DNA of 32,519 bases from an uncultured Gammaproteobacteria bacterium (GTDB taxonomy: Bacteria > Patescibacteriota > Microgenomatia > Daviesbacterales > UBA10151). How positions within the stretch are numbered: position 1 is the stretch's first letter; every line of letters starts with the position of its first letter. The notes below the pieces were generated by a model that was given only the letters and a program-made list of their open reading frames with translations, was not told the DNA's origin and ran no database searches. Of the stretch, positions 22,183 through 32,519 are shown piece after piece. Both the position numbers and the translations under genes were made by a program. Where the stretch lies: assembly GCA_964441115.1 (NCBI GenBank), contig CAYTXH010000003.1, positions 17,885 to 50,403 on the forward strand, in the 5' to 3' direction.

Positions 22183-23616
22183 TTAAAAATACTGATCCGG
22201 CAGATCATTTTCGATCAAAACTACCGCATCTTTGACCGCAATTTTAGGCAATAATTGAAGCGCCTGCTGAGTTGTTTCCACCCAAATCTGTTGCTCTTTG
22301 GGATAATTGGCATTCTCGAGACCTTTAATTAAAGCCTTTTTAGCGTTGTGTCCAACGATAATAATGTAATCTGCTACAGTTGCGGCATGTTCAATAAAGC
22401 TAATATTCGCCTGATCTGCTGTTTCCCCGAGCTCTACTAATCCGGGTGTAATCAAAATCTTTTGTTTTCCGGGTAACTGCTTTAATAATTTAAAAGAAGC
22501 TTGAGCCGAAATCGGATTAGTATTATAGCTATTATCAATCATGGTCCAACTGCCTTGATGGTTTACCTCTAATCGATGCGGGGTTGGCAACATCCAGCGG
22601 GCTCTATCCGCAATCTCCTTTAAAGTCATGCCAAGTTCCAATGCAATAGCGGCTGCCATGGCAAAGTTTTGAGCATGATGACCTCCAAACAGTGGTAAAT
22701 TAATTTGTTGACTCTGATTTTTCCAGTGAATTTTAAAACTAGTTCCACTATTAGTTTGATTAATGGCACTGAGTTTAAGATCTGACATTTGATTCTCCCC
22801 TACCCAAATTGGATCAGTTAAATATTTTTCCGCCTGTTCTGTCATCCATGGATCATCGCTATTTACCAGCATCCGACCATGATTATTTTGGACAGATTCA
22901 ACTATCTCAAACTGCGCTTTAACTAAATTATCCATCGATCCGAAACGCTCAAGATGTTGTGGTGCTATGGCAGTTATTACACCAGTAGTCGGTTGAGCAA
23001 TCCTTGCCAACTGGGCGATATCGCCGATCTGATAGGCATCCATCTCTGCTAAGAAAATTTCAGTATTATCTTTTAAATCCGCATTAATAGTTCGAGCTAA
23101 ACTTAATTCCGTGTTATAACTTTTTGGTGTTTTAACTACTCGATATTTATTCCAAAGTAAGGTGTATAACATATCTTTAGTCGAAGTTTTGGCATAGCTA
23201 CCAACAATAGCTACTACTTTCAAATCTTTTAGTTCTTGTCGTCGACGAATAGCTCGACTAATTAATCTTTTTCGCGTCCTACTTTCAATCGGTATGAGTA
23301 GCCAACTGCTAATAATCAAAAATATTGGTGATAATTGGCTTAAAGTTAAGTACCACAGCACTAACCAAGTCCAATTTTGGTTTAAGCTGACAGTTAAAAT
23401 AATAGTCAAACAGATAATTAAAAATTGGCTCGCAATCATTAATAACCGAGCTTTACTAGTCCAGTCCAGGTGCTGTTTTTTTTGTAATTGGCGACTATAT
23501 GGATGTTGATTAAACCATCTCCAAAAGCGCGGGACTTCGTACTCCACTGATTGGAAAATATATAAATGATCCGCAGTCGGCCAGATATTTGTTAATATTT
23601 TATTTATTTTTTTCAT
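22183..23616 (-). CDS. murF: MurF-type Mur ligase (UDP-MurNAc-tripeptide--D-Ala-D-Ala ligase) with an N-terminal two-TM membrane domain
   Basis: MurF-like motifs: VVAIVGSYAKTSTKDM (P-loop), KSYNTELSLARTI, TAIAPQHLERFGS, HRLE, DNSYNTNP, PGLVELGE. Residues about 55-112 form two hydrophobic helices where the usual soluble N-terminal domain would be. Confidence 0.8.
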   Translation of the reverse strand: MKKINKILTNIWPTADHLYIFQSVEYEVPRFWRWFNQHPYSRQLQKKQHLDWTSKARLLMIASQFLIICLTIILTVSLNQNWTWLVLWYLTLSQLSPIFLIISSWLLIPIESRTRKRLISRAIRRRQELKDLKVVAIVGSYAKTSTKDMLYTLLWNKYRVVKTPKSYNTELSLARTINADLKDNTEIFLAEMDAYQIGDIAQLARIAQPTTGVITAIAPQHLERFGSMDNLVKAQFEIVESVQNNHGRMLVNSDDPWMTEQAEKYLTDPIWVGENQMSDLKLSAINQTNSGTSFKIHWKNQSQQINLPLFGGHHAQNFAMAAAIALELGMTLKEIADRARWMLPTPHRLEVNHQGSWTMIDNSYNTNPISAQASFKLLKQLPGKQKILITPGLVELGETADQANISFIEHAATVADYIIIVGHNAKKALIKGLENANYPKEQQIWVETTQQALQLLPKIAVKDAVVLIENDLPDQYF

Positions 23617-23634
23617 ATATTTTATTTATATAGA

Positions 23635-23744
23635 TTCCGGATCGTGTCCGGAATGACAAGAACAAAATTGCGTCATTGCGAGGAGTCTTCGACGCGGCAA
23701 TCTTATATTTAAGACAAAGATTGCTTCGTGCCTCGCAATGACGC
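23635..23744. repeat. GC-rich palindromic element, copy 2, preceded by a small TTCCGGA hairpin
   Basis: GCGTCATTGCGAGG (23670-23683) pairs with CCTCGCAATGACGC (23731-23744), and GCAATCT pairs with AGATTGC internally. Upstream, TTCCGGA-TCGTG-TCCGGAA forms a hairpin at 23635-23653. The element lies between the hydrolase stop and the murF start. Confidence 0.85.
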
Positions 23745-23774
23745 AATGTTATTTAACTATTGCTCCTCCTGTTC

Positions 23775-24530
23775 CTACTCCCCCTTGCTCAAAAAATTTC
23801 TCAGCCAATATTCAAATCTTTCTGGTTGATCTAAATGTGGAAAATGGCCTGCTCTCTCAATAATTTCTAGTCGAGAATTCGGAATTAATCGATACATTTT
23901 CCGGCCAAAACTAACAGGTACAGTAAAATCGTTTTCTCCCCAAATCAAAAAAGTTTCAGCTTTGATTTGACTCAAATATTGAGTAAGATCTTCACTAATA
24001 ATATTCTTAAATGTCTCCTTTAGCTCGCCAGTTGATAAATAATCTGATTGAAGTTGACGATAAACTTTCGCTCTAAGCTTATCTTTTAAATTGAACCAAT
24101 TCGGCAATATTTGATTTACAATTTTGGCTGTCGCCGCTAATAATTTTGACTTAGTAGTTGGAATAGGACGAATACCTGCCGCATCTTCTAATATTAATTT
24201 ACTAATTAAATTTGGATATTTAGCTGCTAATTTTATACCGACTCTGCCTCCTAAAGAGTGCCCTAATAAAATCGGCTTTTCCAACTTTAATTGTTTAAAA
24301 ATCTCGACCACAGTTTCAACATAATCACTTACTTCTAATTCTGATTTTGTTAAAGGACTCCGCCCAAATCCCGGTAAATCAATTAACCAGACAGTCCAAT
24401 CAGATTTCAATTTATCAGCTAATTGCCAAAAACTAGACACATCTTGCTGCCAACCGTGTAATAAAACCAAGTCTGGTCCCTGACCAATTTTTTGATAATA
24501 AATTTGTCCTTTTGAGCTCTGTAAATACAT
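23775..24530 (-). CDS. Alpha/beta-fold hydrolase
   Basis: 251 aa with LVLLHGW, the nucleophile elbow GHSLGG, and the C-terminal GHFPHLD histidine motif. Confidence 0.85.
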   Translation of the reverse strand: MYLQSSKGQIYYQKIGQGPDLVLLHGWQQDVSSFWQLADKLKSDWTVWLIDLPGFGRSPLTKSELEVSDYVETVVEIFKQLKLEKPILLGHSLGGRVGIKLAAKYPNLISKLILEDAAGIRPIPTTKSKLLAATAKIVNQILPNWFNLKDKLRAKVYRQLQSDYLSTGELKETFKNIISEDLTQYLSQIKAETFLIWGENDFTVPVSFGRKMYRLIPNSRLEIIERAGHFPHLDQPERFEYWLRNFLSKGE

Positions 24531-24532
24531 AA

Positions 24533-25813
24533 CTAATTATACTCAGCTAACTTTCTAACTGCCTGACTAAACTGTTCTCCGCGATCTTTATAATTCTTAA
24601 ACCAATCAAATGAGGCATCTCCAGGTGAAAGTAAGACTATATCGCCTGACTCAGCTCTCTTAAAAGCTTGTTCAACTACCTGGCTAATATTTTCACAACT
24701 GCTAATTATTTCTCCGTGAAAACCACTATCTAATAATGCCTGTGATATCTTTGGCCCTGTAGTTCCAATCGTAAAAATAGCCTTGATTGAAGTGCTTTGC
24801 GCTATTTTTTGCGCGATTTCTGCGTAATTAGCACTTTTCGGTGACCCACCTAAAATACAAATCTTTGGTTGTGAAAAAGCCTCAATTGCTGCCATCGCAG
24901 GCGCTGGACTAGTGGAAATGGAATCGTCGATAAACTTAATACCATTAATCTCGGCTACTAACTCTAATCTATGAGGTAAACCTGTAAATTCCGATAATGA
25001 TTTTTCAATAATCACTGGATCAATCTCTAAAATCTCACCCACTGCCATTGCTGCTGCCGCATTTTCATGGTTATGAACTCCGGGGATCGATAACTGCCAG
25101 CCTGTATCTGTAAAATCTTCACCACCAAACCATTTAATTTGAGCTCGAGTTAAACTTGCGAGATCCGCGGTAACTGAATAATCTTGATTAATCACTGCCC
25201 AATCCTGCTCAGTCTGGAATCTAATTAAGTTGGCTTTAGCAGCGACATAATCTTCAAATTCACCGTGCTGGTCTAAATGATCGGGAGTAATATTTAGCAT
25301 TACTCCAATTTTGGGACTTGTTGAAATATCCCGTAATTGATAGCTCGACAACTCCAAAATTACCCAATCTTCATCAGTTAATTTTGATAATAATGGCAGC
25401 ATTGGTTCACCAATATTCCCAGCAAGATAAACATTTAAACCGGCATTTTGCATCATTTGATAAAGCATGGTGCAGGTCGTGCCTTTGCCATTAGTACCAG
25501 TCACACCAATAATATTTTTTGTTGGCGACTGCTCAAAAAAGATTTGAGTTTGAGTGATTAATGGCTTATTAGAAGCTAAAAGTTGCTGATAAGTTGCCAG
25601 TTTGACTCCGGGTGAAAAAGCGATCAGATCAAAATTTTCTAAATCATTTAAGTAATCAGCACCAGTTTTCCAATCAACTCCAATCGTTGGATCTTCCACC
25701 TCCGGATTTTGATCGGCTACCGTAATTTGAGCACCAGCGTTTTTTAAATATTGAACTAATGTTTTACCTTCCACACCGTAACCAACGACTAAAATTGTTT
25801 TATCTTGATACAT
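24533..25813 (-). CDS. murD: UDP-N-acetylmuramoylalanine--D-glutamate ligase
   Basis: Rossmann-like N-terminus ILVVGYGVEGKT; P-loop GVTGTNGKGTTCTM; NITPDHLD; HRLE. Confidence 0.9.
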   Translation of the reverse strand: MYQDKTILVVGYGVEGKTLVQYLKNAGAQITVADQNPEVEDPTIGVDWKTGADYLNDLENFDLIAFSPGVKLATYQQLLASNKPLITQTQIFFEQSPTKNIIGVTGTNGKGTTCTMLYQMMQNAGLNVYLAGNIGEPMLPLLSKLTDEDWVILELSSYQLRDISTSPKIGVMLNITPDHLDQHGEFEDYVAAKANLIRFQTEQDWAVINQDYSVTADLASLTRAQIKWFGGEDFTDTGWQLSIPGVHNHENAAAAMAVGEILEIDPVIIEKSLSEFTGLPHRLELVAEINGIKFIDDSISTSPAPAMAAIEAFSQPKICILGGSPKSANYAEIAQKIAQSTSIKAIFTIGTTGPKISQALLDSGFHGEIISSCENISQVVEQAFKRAESGDIVLLSPGDASFDWFKNYKDRGEQFSQAVRKLAEYN

Positions 25814-25817
25814 TCAT

Positions 25818-27107
25818 TTATCCTTGCTTTACAAACTCCCGAGCCCACTGATCAACTGATCCAGCCCCCATAAAAATTACTAAATCATCTGAGTTAATAT
25901 TCGACTTTAATTGTTCTTTTAATTTATTAATATCCGACTCATATTTTATCTTCTGATCTCCAACAGCTTGAACTAATTCTTGGCTACTTACTAATCCAGT
26001 ATCGACCTCACGAGATGGATAAATATCTAAAACATAACCTGCTTCAATTGGCAGATCTCTTAGACAGCTCACAAAGTCAGCGAATAAAGCTTTAGTTCTG
26101 GAAAACATGTGGGGTTGCCATACCATAATAAGTTTTTTATTAGCATAAGATTGATGAAAACCTAAAATAGTCTGACTGATTTCAGTCGGATGATGACCAA
26201 AATCAGTATAAATTTGTGCTCCATTTACCTCTCCCAATAATTCTTGTCTTCTACCTAGTCCAGAGTAATCTTCTAAAGATTGCTTGATTCTCTCTGGTGT
26301 AATTCCTAATGCTAAACCCAGTTGGAATACCGCTGAGGCATTGCTGACATTATATTCCCCCGGAATTTTTAAGGTTAAATTAAAATCAGATTTGGAGTAA
26401 TCCATCACCGTCACCTCTGACTGCTTCATCACTTTTTTAATTACCTCACCGACACCTGGATCGCTCATATTGGCGATAATTAATTTTTTTGTTTGACTCA
26501 AGAATTTAATAAAACTGGCTTGGTATTCTTCGAAATCGGCAAAAAACTCGGGATGATCCATCTGAATATTGGTCACAATTGTGTAATCTGGATGAGACAC
26601 CAAAAAATTATTATTAAATTCATCAGCCTCAGTAATAAACCATTCGCTGTGCCCGATCCGATAATTAGCATTCCAATCAGCGACAATTGCTCCTAACTCG
26701 ACAGTTGGATCAAAATTGGCTTCTTCTAATAATTTAGCGGTCATCGCCGTAGTTGTAGATTTACCATGAGTGCCACAAATAGCAATTACCTGCTTGTTTG
26801 CCTCCAAATATTTACCCATAAATTGCTGCCAAGTTAAAACTTCTAATCCTTTAGCTTGTGCCTGTCGTAATTCTGCATTATTCGGATCGAGTGACAATAC
26901 CGCCGGGGTAATCGCTAAAGTATCGACCCCTTTTAAGTGCTCTGGACTATGGCCTGTTAGTAATTGATCATCCGTGAAAACCTGTGTAAATTCATTTTTC
27001 ACGAAATTGTCACAGCCGCTAACTTCAAAACCTTGTGCCTGAGCAATCGCCGCCGCTGCTGAAGCGCCCGATCCAGCAATTCCTAAAAAATGTATGTGTC
27101 GTTTCAT
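25818..27107 (-). CDS. murC: UDP-N-acetylmuramate--L-alanine ligase
   Basis: HFLGIAGSGASAAA N-terminus; P-loop ICGTHGKSTTTAM; TNIQMDHPEF; DFGHHPTEI. Confidence 0.9.
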   Translation of the reverse strand: MKRHIHFLGIAGSGASAAAAIAQAQGFEVSGCDNFVKNEFTQVFTDDQLLTGHSPEHLKGVDTLAITPAVLSLDPNNAELRQAQAKGLEVLTWQQFMGKYLEANKQVIAICGTHGKSTTTAMTAKLLEEANFDPTVELGAIVADWNANYRIGHSEWFITEADEFNNNFLVSHPDYTIVTNIQMDHPEFFADFEEYQASFIKFLSQTKKLIIANMSDPGVGEVIKKVMKQSEVTVMDYSKSDFNLTLKIPGEYNVSNASAVFQLGLALGITPERIKQSLEDYSGLGRRQELLGEVNGAQIYTDFGHHPTEISQTILGFHQSYANKKLIMVWQPHMFSRTKALFADFVSCLRDLPIEAGYVLDIYPSREVDTGLVSSQELVQAVGDQKIKYESDINKLKEQLKSNINSDDLVIFMGAGSVDQWAREFVKQG

Positions 27108-27161
27108 TATTAATATTGTAACTAAAATCTTAATAGATCGATATGATCGAATCTAACTTGA

Positions 27162-27896
27162 TTAGTTTTGGAACTTATCGTGAGCAGCTGCTAATTCTTC
27201 TGGAGTATTTATCCCATGCCATTGAGTAGGATCGGCTAATTGAAAAATATTTAATGTATCCTGATGTTTTTTAGCAATATTCATTAGTTCGGTGATGTAA
27301 TATTCACCTTTAGGACTAACTGGAACTTGATCTATATTTTTTCTTAACCACTCAACATCAAAGACATAAGCGCCGCAGTTAATTTCACGGCTCTGGAAGC
27401 CACTATTAGCATATTCACTAGCTTCTAAAATTTGATCAAATTGACCTTTTTCATCTCTAATGACCCGACCTAATTTATTTTCATCTCCAACCATAGTGGT
27501 CAGAATACTTACTTTAGCTTGGTAATTTAAGTGTGAACTTAAAAAATGTTGGATAGTTTCAATTGAATAAAAAGCTGAATCATCACCATTCACTACTAAA
27601 ATAGTCTTAATATTTGAATTTAAACTTGATAAAGCAGTTTGAACTGCATTAGCAGTACCTAAAGGCTCAGCCTGAAGTGCAAAGCTACAATCAAACTCAT
27701 TTTGAATCGCCGCTTGGACCTCTTCAGCTTTATGTCCAACTACAATCACTATTTGAGACATGGCTAACTTAGTAAAATTGTCTAAAGTTCGAAGAATCAT
27801 CGGTCGACCAGCGATCGGATGCAATACTTTTGGTAAATCTGATTGCATTCGGGTGCCTTTTCCGCCAGCTAAAATAACTGCAGCTACATTTTCCAT
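27162..27896 (-). CDS. Sugar-1-phosphate nucleotidyltransferase resembling the N-terminal (uridyltransferase) domain of GlmU
   Basis: AAVILAGGKGTRMQSDLPKVLHPIAGRPM closely matches the GlmU N-terminal signature. At 244 aa it has no left-handed beta-helix acetyltransferase domain. Confidence 0.75.
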   Translation of the reverse strand: MENVAAVILAGGKGTRMQSDLPKVLHPIAGRPMILRTLDNFTKLAMSQIVIVVGHKAEEVQAAIQNEFDCSFALQAEPLGTANAVQTALSSLNSNIKTILVVNGDDSAFYSIETIQHFLSSHLNYQAKVSILTTMVGDENKLGRVIRDEKGQFDQILEASEYANSGFQSREINCGAYVFDVEWLRKNIDQVPVSPKGEYYITELMNIAKKHQDTLNIFQLADPTQWHGINTPEELAAAHDKFQN

Positions 27897-27968
27897 AGGC
27901 TAATTATACCTAAAAGCAATCAAAATGCCAATTACTACAGGGTTAAAACTGAACAGATCTATAAAAAT

Positions 27969-30044
<2,076 letters not shown>

Positions 30045-30120
30045 TTATCAGCCCACTCTGGGATTTGCAAGTATAATCAGCTTAGAAATTGCCATTTTTA
30101 TAGCATGCAGTTTATAATCA

Positions 30121-30882
30121 TTGGCCGTGAACAACCCTTTACACAAAATAACATTATTTACACTTAATATCGAAGGTGATCGCCACTTAGATAAATTACA
30201 AAATTTCATTACCGAATTTTCACCAACGATCGTAGCTTTACAAGAAATTTTCCAGCGGGATGCTGAAATGATTGCTAAAAAAAATGACTATAGTTGTCAC
30301 TATCTTCCCTTATCTCTGGCAAAAACTAAGACCGAGCCAATTCAAGAGCATCCCTGGGGTTTAGCAATTTTAACTAAATTAACAGTTAAAAACGCTCAGA
30401 ATTATTATTATGTTGGTGACAATTTACCGGTTCAATCATATGCTTATGATAAACACCCGCTTGATGATTGTTTAAAACGAGGCTTTATAAATTTGGAATT
30501 AATCACTCCTGTCGGTAATACTCTTAGGATTCTAACCACCAAATTTACATGGACTCCCGATGGTGAAGCTTCAGATGAACAGCGACAAGATCTAATCGCT
30601 TTTCATAATTATCTTCAAAACTATGATAGTTTAATTTTTGCAGGTGATTTTAATGCTCCAAGAGGTCGAGAGATCTACACTAAAATTAAAGCTAATTATA
30701 TTGATTGGTTACCCGATGATGTAATGACAACTATTGATCAAGATTTACATAAAATTAAAAACCTTCAACTGGCTGTTGATAGTATATTTAGCACCGACGA
30801 TTATCAGTTAGAATCAGTTGAAGTTAAATCAGGTTTAAGTGATCACTGTGGTCTCTTTGCGACGATTAAATTACCGGAATAG
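30121..30882 (+). CDS. Endonuclease/exonuclease/phosphatase (EEP) family protein
   Basis: Motifs VALQEI, GDFNAPR and SDHCG. The start is uncertain (TTG 30121 or GTG 30127; TATAAT at 30113-30118). Its 3' end overlaps the convergent holB-like gene by 17 nt. Confidence 0.75.
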   Translation: MAVNNPLHKITLFTLNIEGDRHLDKLQNFITEFSPTIVALQEIFQRDAEMIAKKNDYSCHYLPLSLAKTKTEPIQEHPWGLAILTKLTVKNAQNYYYVGDNLPVQSYAYDKHPLDDCLKRGFINLELITPVGNTLRILTTKFTWTPDGEASDEQRQDLIAFHNYLQNYDSLIFAGDFNAPRGREIYTKIKANYIDWLPDDVMTTIDQDLHKIKNLQLAVDSIFSTDDYQLESVEVKSGLSDHCGLFATIKLPE

Positions 30883-31486
30883 TTAAAGCTAGCCACTCCA
30901 AAATAGACCTGGCATTTACATTTTGTTCAGACCATTTTTTGGCAAGTAAACAATTTTTAGCTGCAGACAATATCTTGGGATTTTTAGTTATCTCTTTCTC
31001 TGACCATTTGGCTAATTGATTAATTAAATCTTGGCGGTCATCTAGTTTTTCAATTATTGTAAAACGTCGCTCAATATCGGCTTTTAGGAAATCTTGAGCG
31101 ATTGATATGTCGTGTGATACCTCAGATAGAATTAATTCCTGCTCAATTCTCGATAGAAAAGTTGGTAATAGTTGATTAGATTGATCAGCTCCTAAGATAA
31201 AAATTGCGTGGTGTGGCAATTCTTCGATTGTTTTTAGCAAGGCATTTTGAGCTGCGTCAGTTAGATTTTGGGCTTGGGTGATAACTACTACTCGCCCAGT
31301 TTCCTGAAACGGTTTTAGACTAAAATGGCTGTTAATTTGCTTGGCTTGATCAACTCCTAATTTAGAATCTGGTTCAAACCATAAAACATCAGGACTATTT
31401 CGCTTTATTTTATGAGAAGTAAGATGTCCTTCGATCTTAGTCTCTAGTAAAGGAAGATCATTACAAATAAATATTTTGGCTAACAT
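30866..31486 (-). CDS. holB: Short DNA polymerase III delta-prime-like clamp-loader subunit lacking the N-terminal P-loop segment
   Basis: VVVITQAQNLTDAAQNALLKTIEELPHHAIFILGA...LLPTFLSRIEQ matches the sensor/SRC region of the delta-prime/gamma AAA+ family. No GxxGxGK Walker A is present in the 206-aa ORF. Confidence 0.6.
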   Translation of the reverse strand: MLAKIFICNDLPLLETKIEGHLTSHKIKRNSPDVLWFEPDSKLGVDQAKQINSHFSLKPFQETGRVVVITQAQNLTDAAQNALLKTIEELPHHAIFILGADQSNQLLPTFLSRIEQELILSEVSHDISIAQDFLKADIERRFTIIEKLDDRQDLINQLAKWSEKEITKNPKILSAAKNCLLAKKWSEQNVNARSILEWLALTIPVI

Positions 31487-31509
31487 CGACCATATTTTAG
31501 CATGGGCCG

Positions 31510-31593
31510 TTAGTCAGCAGTCAGTCTACCGCTAACCTGTTCTCCTCTCACTTATCACCTCTCACCTATCGCTTATAACTTCTCACTGTGTTC
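31510..31593. repeat. Degenerate heptamer array (about 12 units) of the GTGATAA family, with no adjacent four-helix gene
   Basis: Period-7 units: TTAGTCA GCAGTCA GTCTACC GCTAACC TGTTCTC CTCTCAC TTATCAC CTCTCAC CTATCGC TTATAAC TTCTCAC. TTATCAC (31552-31558) is the exact reverse complement of GTGATAA. Confidence 0.65.
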
Positions 31594-31607
31594 TATTAAT
31601 TACTAAG

Positions 31608-31637
31608 TTGACTACTACTCTATTCTCCGTTGATAAT
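31608..31637 (+). promoter_or_regulatory. Promoter candidate TTGACT-N18-GATAAT upstream of the pilB-like gene
   Basis: TTGACT at 31608-31613 and GATAAT at 31632-31637. The leader of about 35 nt contains the 10-nt palindrome ATCCCGGGAT (31644-31653) and a GGGGA Shine-Dalgarno-like box. Confidence 0.4.
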
Positions 31638-31672
31638 GAGATCATCCCGGGATCGTTGCGGGGAAACTGCCT

Positions 31673-32519
31673 ATGAGTCAAATACAAATTAATATTGAAG
31701 ATATTCTTCTTCAGCAAGGGATTTTAAATAGCAATCAAGTTTCCGCTATTAAGTTAGAAGCTATTAACACTGGTAAGCAAGCTGAAACTATTATTGAAGA
31801 GCGACAATTAGCTCCTAAGGCTCGAGTAATCCAAGCTAAAGCTCAAATCTTAGGTATTCCCTTCATTGATATTGAATCTCAAGCTATTTCGACAGAAGTT
31901 TTAAATCTTATTCCAGAAGGTGTAGCCCGCCGCTATATTTTGATTCCCTTTCAAAAAGATATTGATTCTATTTCTGTGGCTATGGCCGATCCCTTAGATT
32001 TGCAAGTCGTTCAATTTATTGAGAAAAAAGCTGGCATTCAGATTAAGCGATTTATTAGCTCAGCCGACGATATTTTAAAAGCTATAAATACTCAGTACTC
32101 ACAAAATTTAACTACTGAGGTTGTTTCAGCCTTACGAGAAGTATCGGCTTCAAGTGAGCAAACTCCTCAACAAACCGAACAAGCTGAAGTAATTAAAGAA
32201 GCGCCTGTTGCTAATATTGTCAGCCAATTATTGGATTATGCGGTCAAAGCCCATGCTTCAGATATCCATATCGAACCGCTAGAAACCCAAACTCGAGTTC
32301 GTTATCGTATAGATGGAATTTTGCATGAAAAAATTATATTGCCAAAAAAAGTTCATGATGCGGTCATTTCGAGAATTAAAATTTTATCTAATTTGAAAAT
32401 TGATGAGCGTCGATTACCTCAAGACGGTCGTTTTAGCTTTACTGGTGGCAATGAACAAATCGATCTTCGGGTCTCAACCTTACCAACTGTTCATGGTGAA
32501 AAAGCTGTTATGCGGCTTT
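31673..32519 (+). CDS. pilB: Type IV pilus / type II secretion assembly ATPase (PilB/GspE family), 3'-truncated by the window edge
   Basis: Not in the supplied track. My manual translation from ATG 31673 is open to the window end: MSQIQINIEDILLQQGILNSNQVS...IPEGVARRYILIPF...VAMADPLD (GSPII_E N-terminal domain), then ANIVSQLLDYAVKAHASDIHIEP...RVRYRIDGILHE...RIKILSNLKIDERRLPQDGRF...LRVSTLPTVHGEKAVMRL. Confidence 0.85.
   Translation, partial: MSQIQINIEDILLQQGILNSNQVSAIKLEAINTGKQAETIIEERQLAPKARVIQAKAQILGIPFIDIESQAISTEVLNLIPEGVARRYILIPFQKDIDSISVAMADPLDLQVVQFIEKKAGIQIKRFISSADDILKAINTQYSQNLTTEVVSALREVSASSEQTPQQTEQAEVIKEAPVANIVSQLLDYAVKAHASDIHIEPLETQTRVRYRIDGILHEKIILPKKVHDAVISRIKILSNLKIDERRLPQDGRFSFTGGNEQIDLRVSTLPTVHGEKAVMRL

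Overview
This is an AT-rich, tightly packed bacterial chromosomal window that uses the standard genetic code: TGA acts as a stop inside the ATGA start/stop overlaps at 2204 and 9436. Gene content and protein style suggest a small-genome Patescibacteria/CPR-like organism, possibly Microgenomates-like. That placement is inference only.

Layout:
- 2-514: partial membrane protein.
- 515-1702: a conspicuous 1.2 kb ORF-poor spacer full of short repeats and palindromes.
- 1740-10263: a plus-strand surface-protein locus. It encodes two dockerin-ended proteins followed by two membrane-anchored cohesin-like proteins. An antisense four-helix-bundle (23S rRNA IVS / Avd-like) gene, bracketed by inverted heptamer arrays, interrupts it.
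- 10267-11214: a Xer-type tyrosine recombinase sits 3 nt downstream of the locus.
- 11435-15180 (minus): gyrA, a small membrane protein and nfo.
- 15448-20040 (minus): an operon of sigma factor, unknown 455-aa protein, and a long rpoD.
- 20113-30029: a cell-wall block (ddl, unknown 282-aa protein, membrane-anchored murF, alpha/beta hydrolase, murD, murC, GlmU-N-like nucleotidyltransferase) ending in gyrB.
- 30121-32519: an EEP-family nuclease/phosphatase, a short holB-like gene, and the 5' part of a pilB/gspE-type ATPase that is missing from the supplied ORF track.

I saw no rRNA, tRNA, CRISPR array or transposase.

The most system-like novelty is the cohesin-dockerin surface display locus with no carbohydrate-active enzymes and a shared N-terminal anchor motif. 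Secondary items:
- the heptamer-flanked four-helix cassette;
- the sigma-X-sigma operon;
- the repeat-dense spacer;
- two GC-rich palindromic elements sharing a 29-nt identical arm;
- a recurring -10 hexamer 5-7 nt upstream of start codons, which suggests leaderless transcripts.
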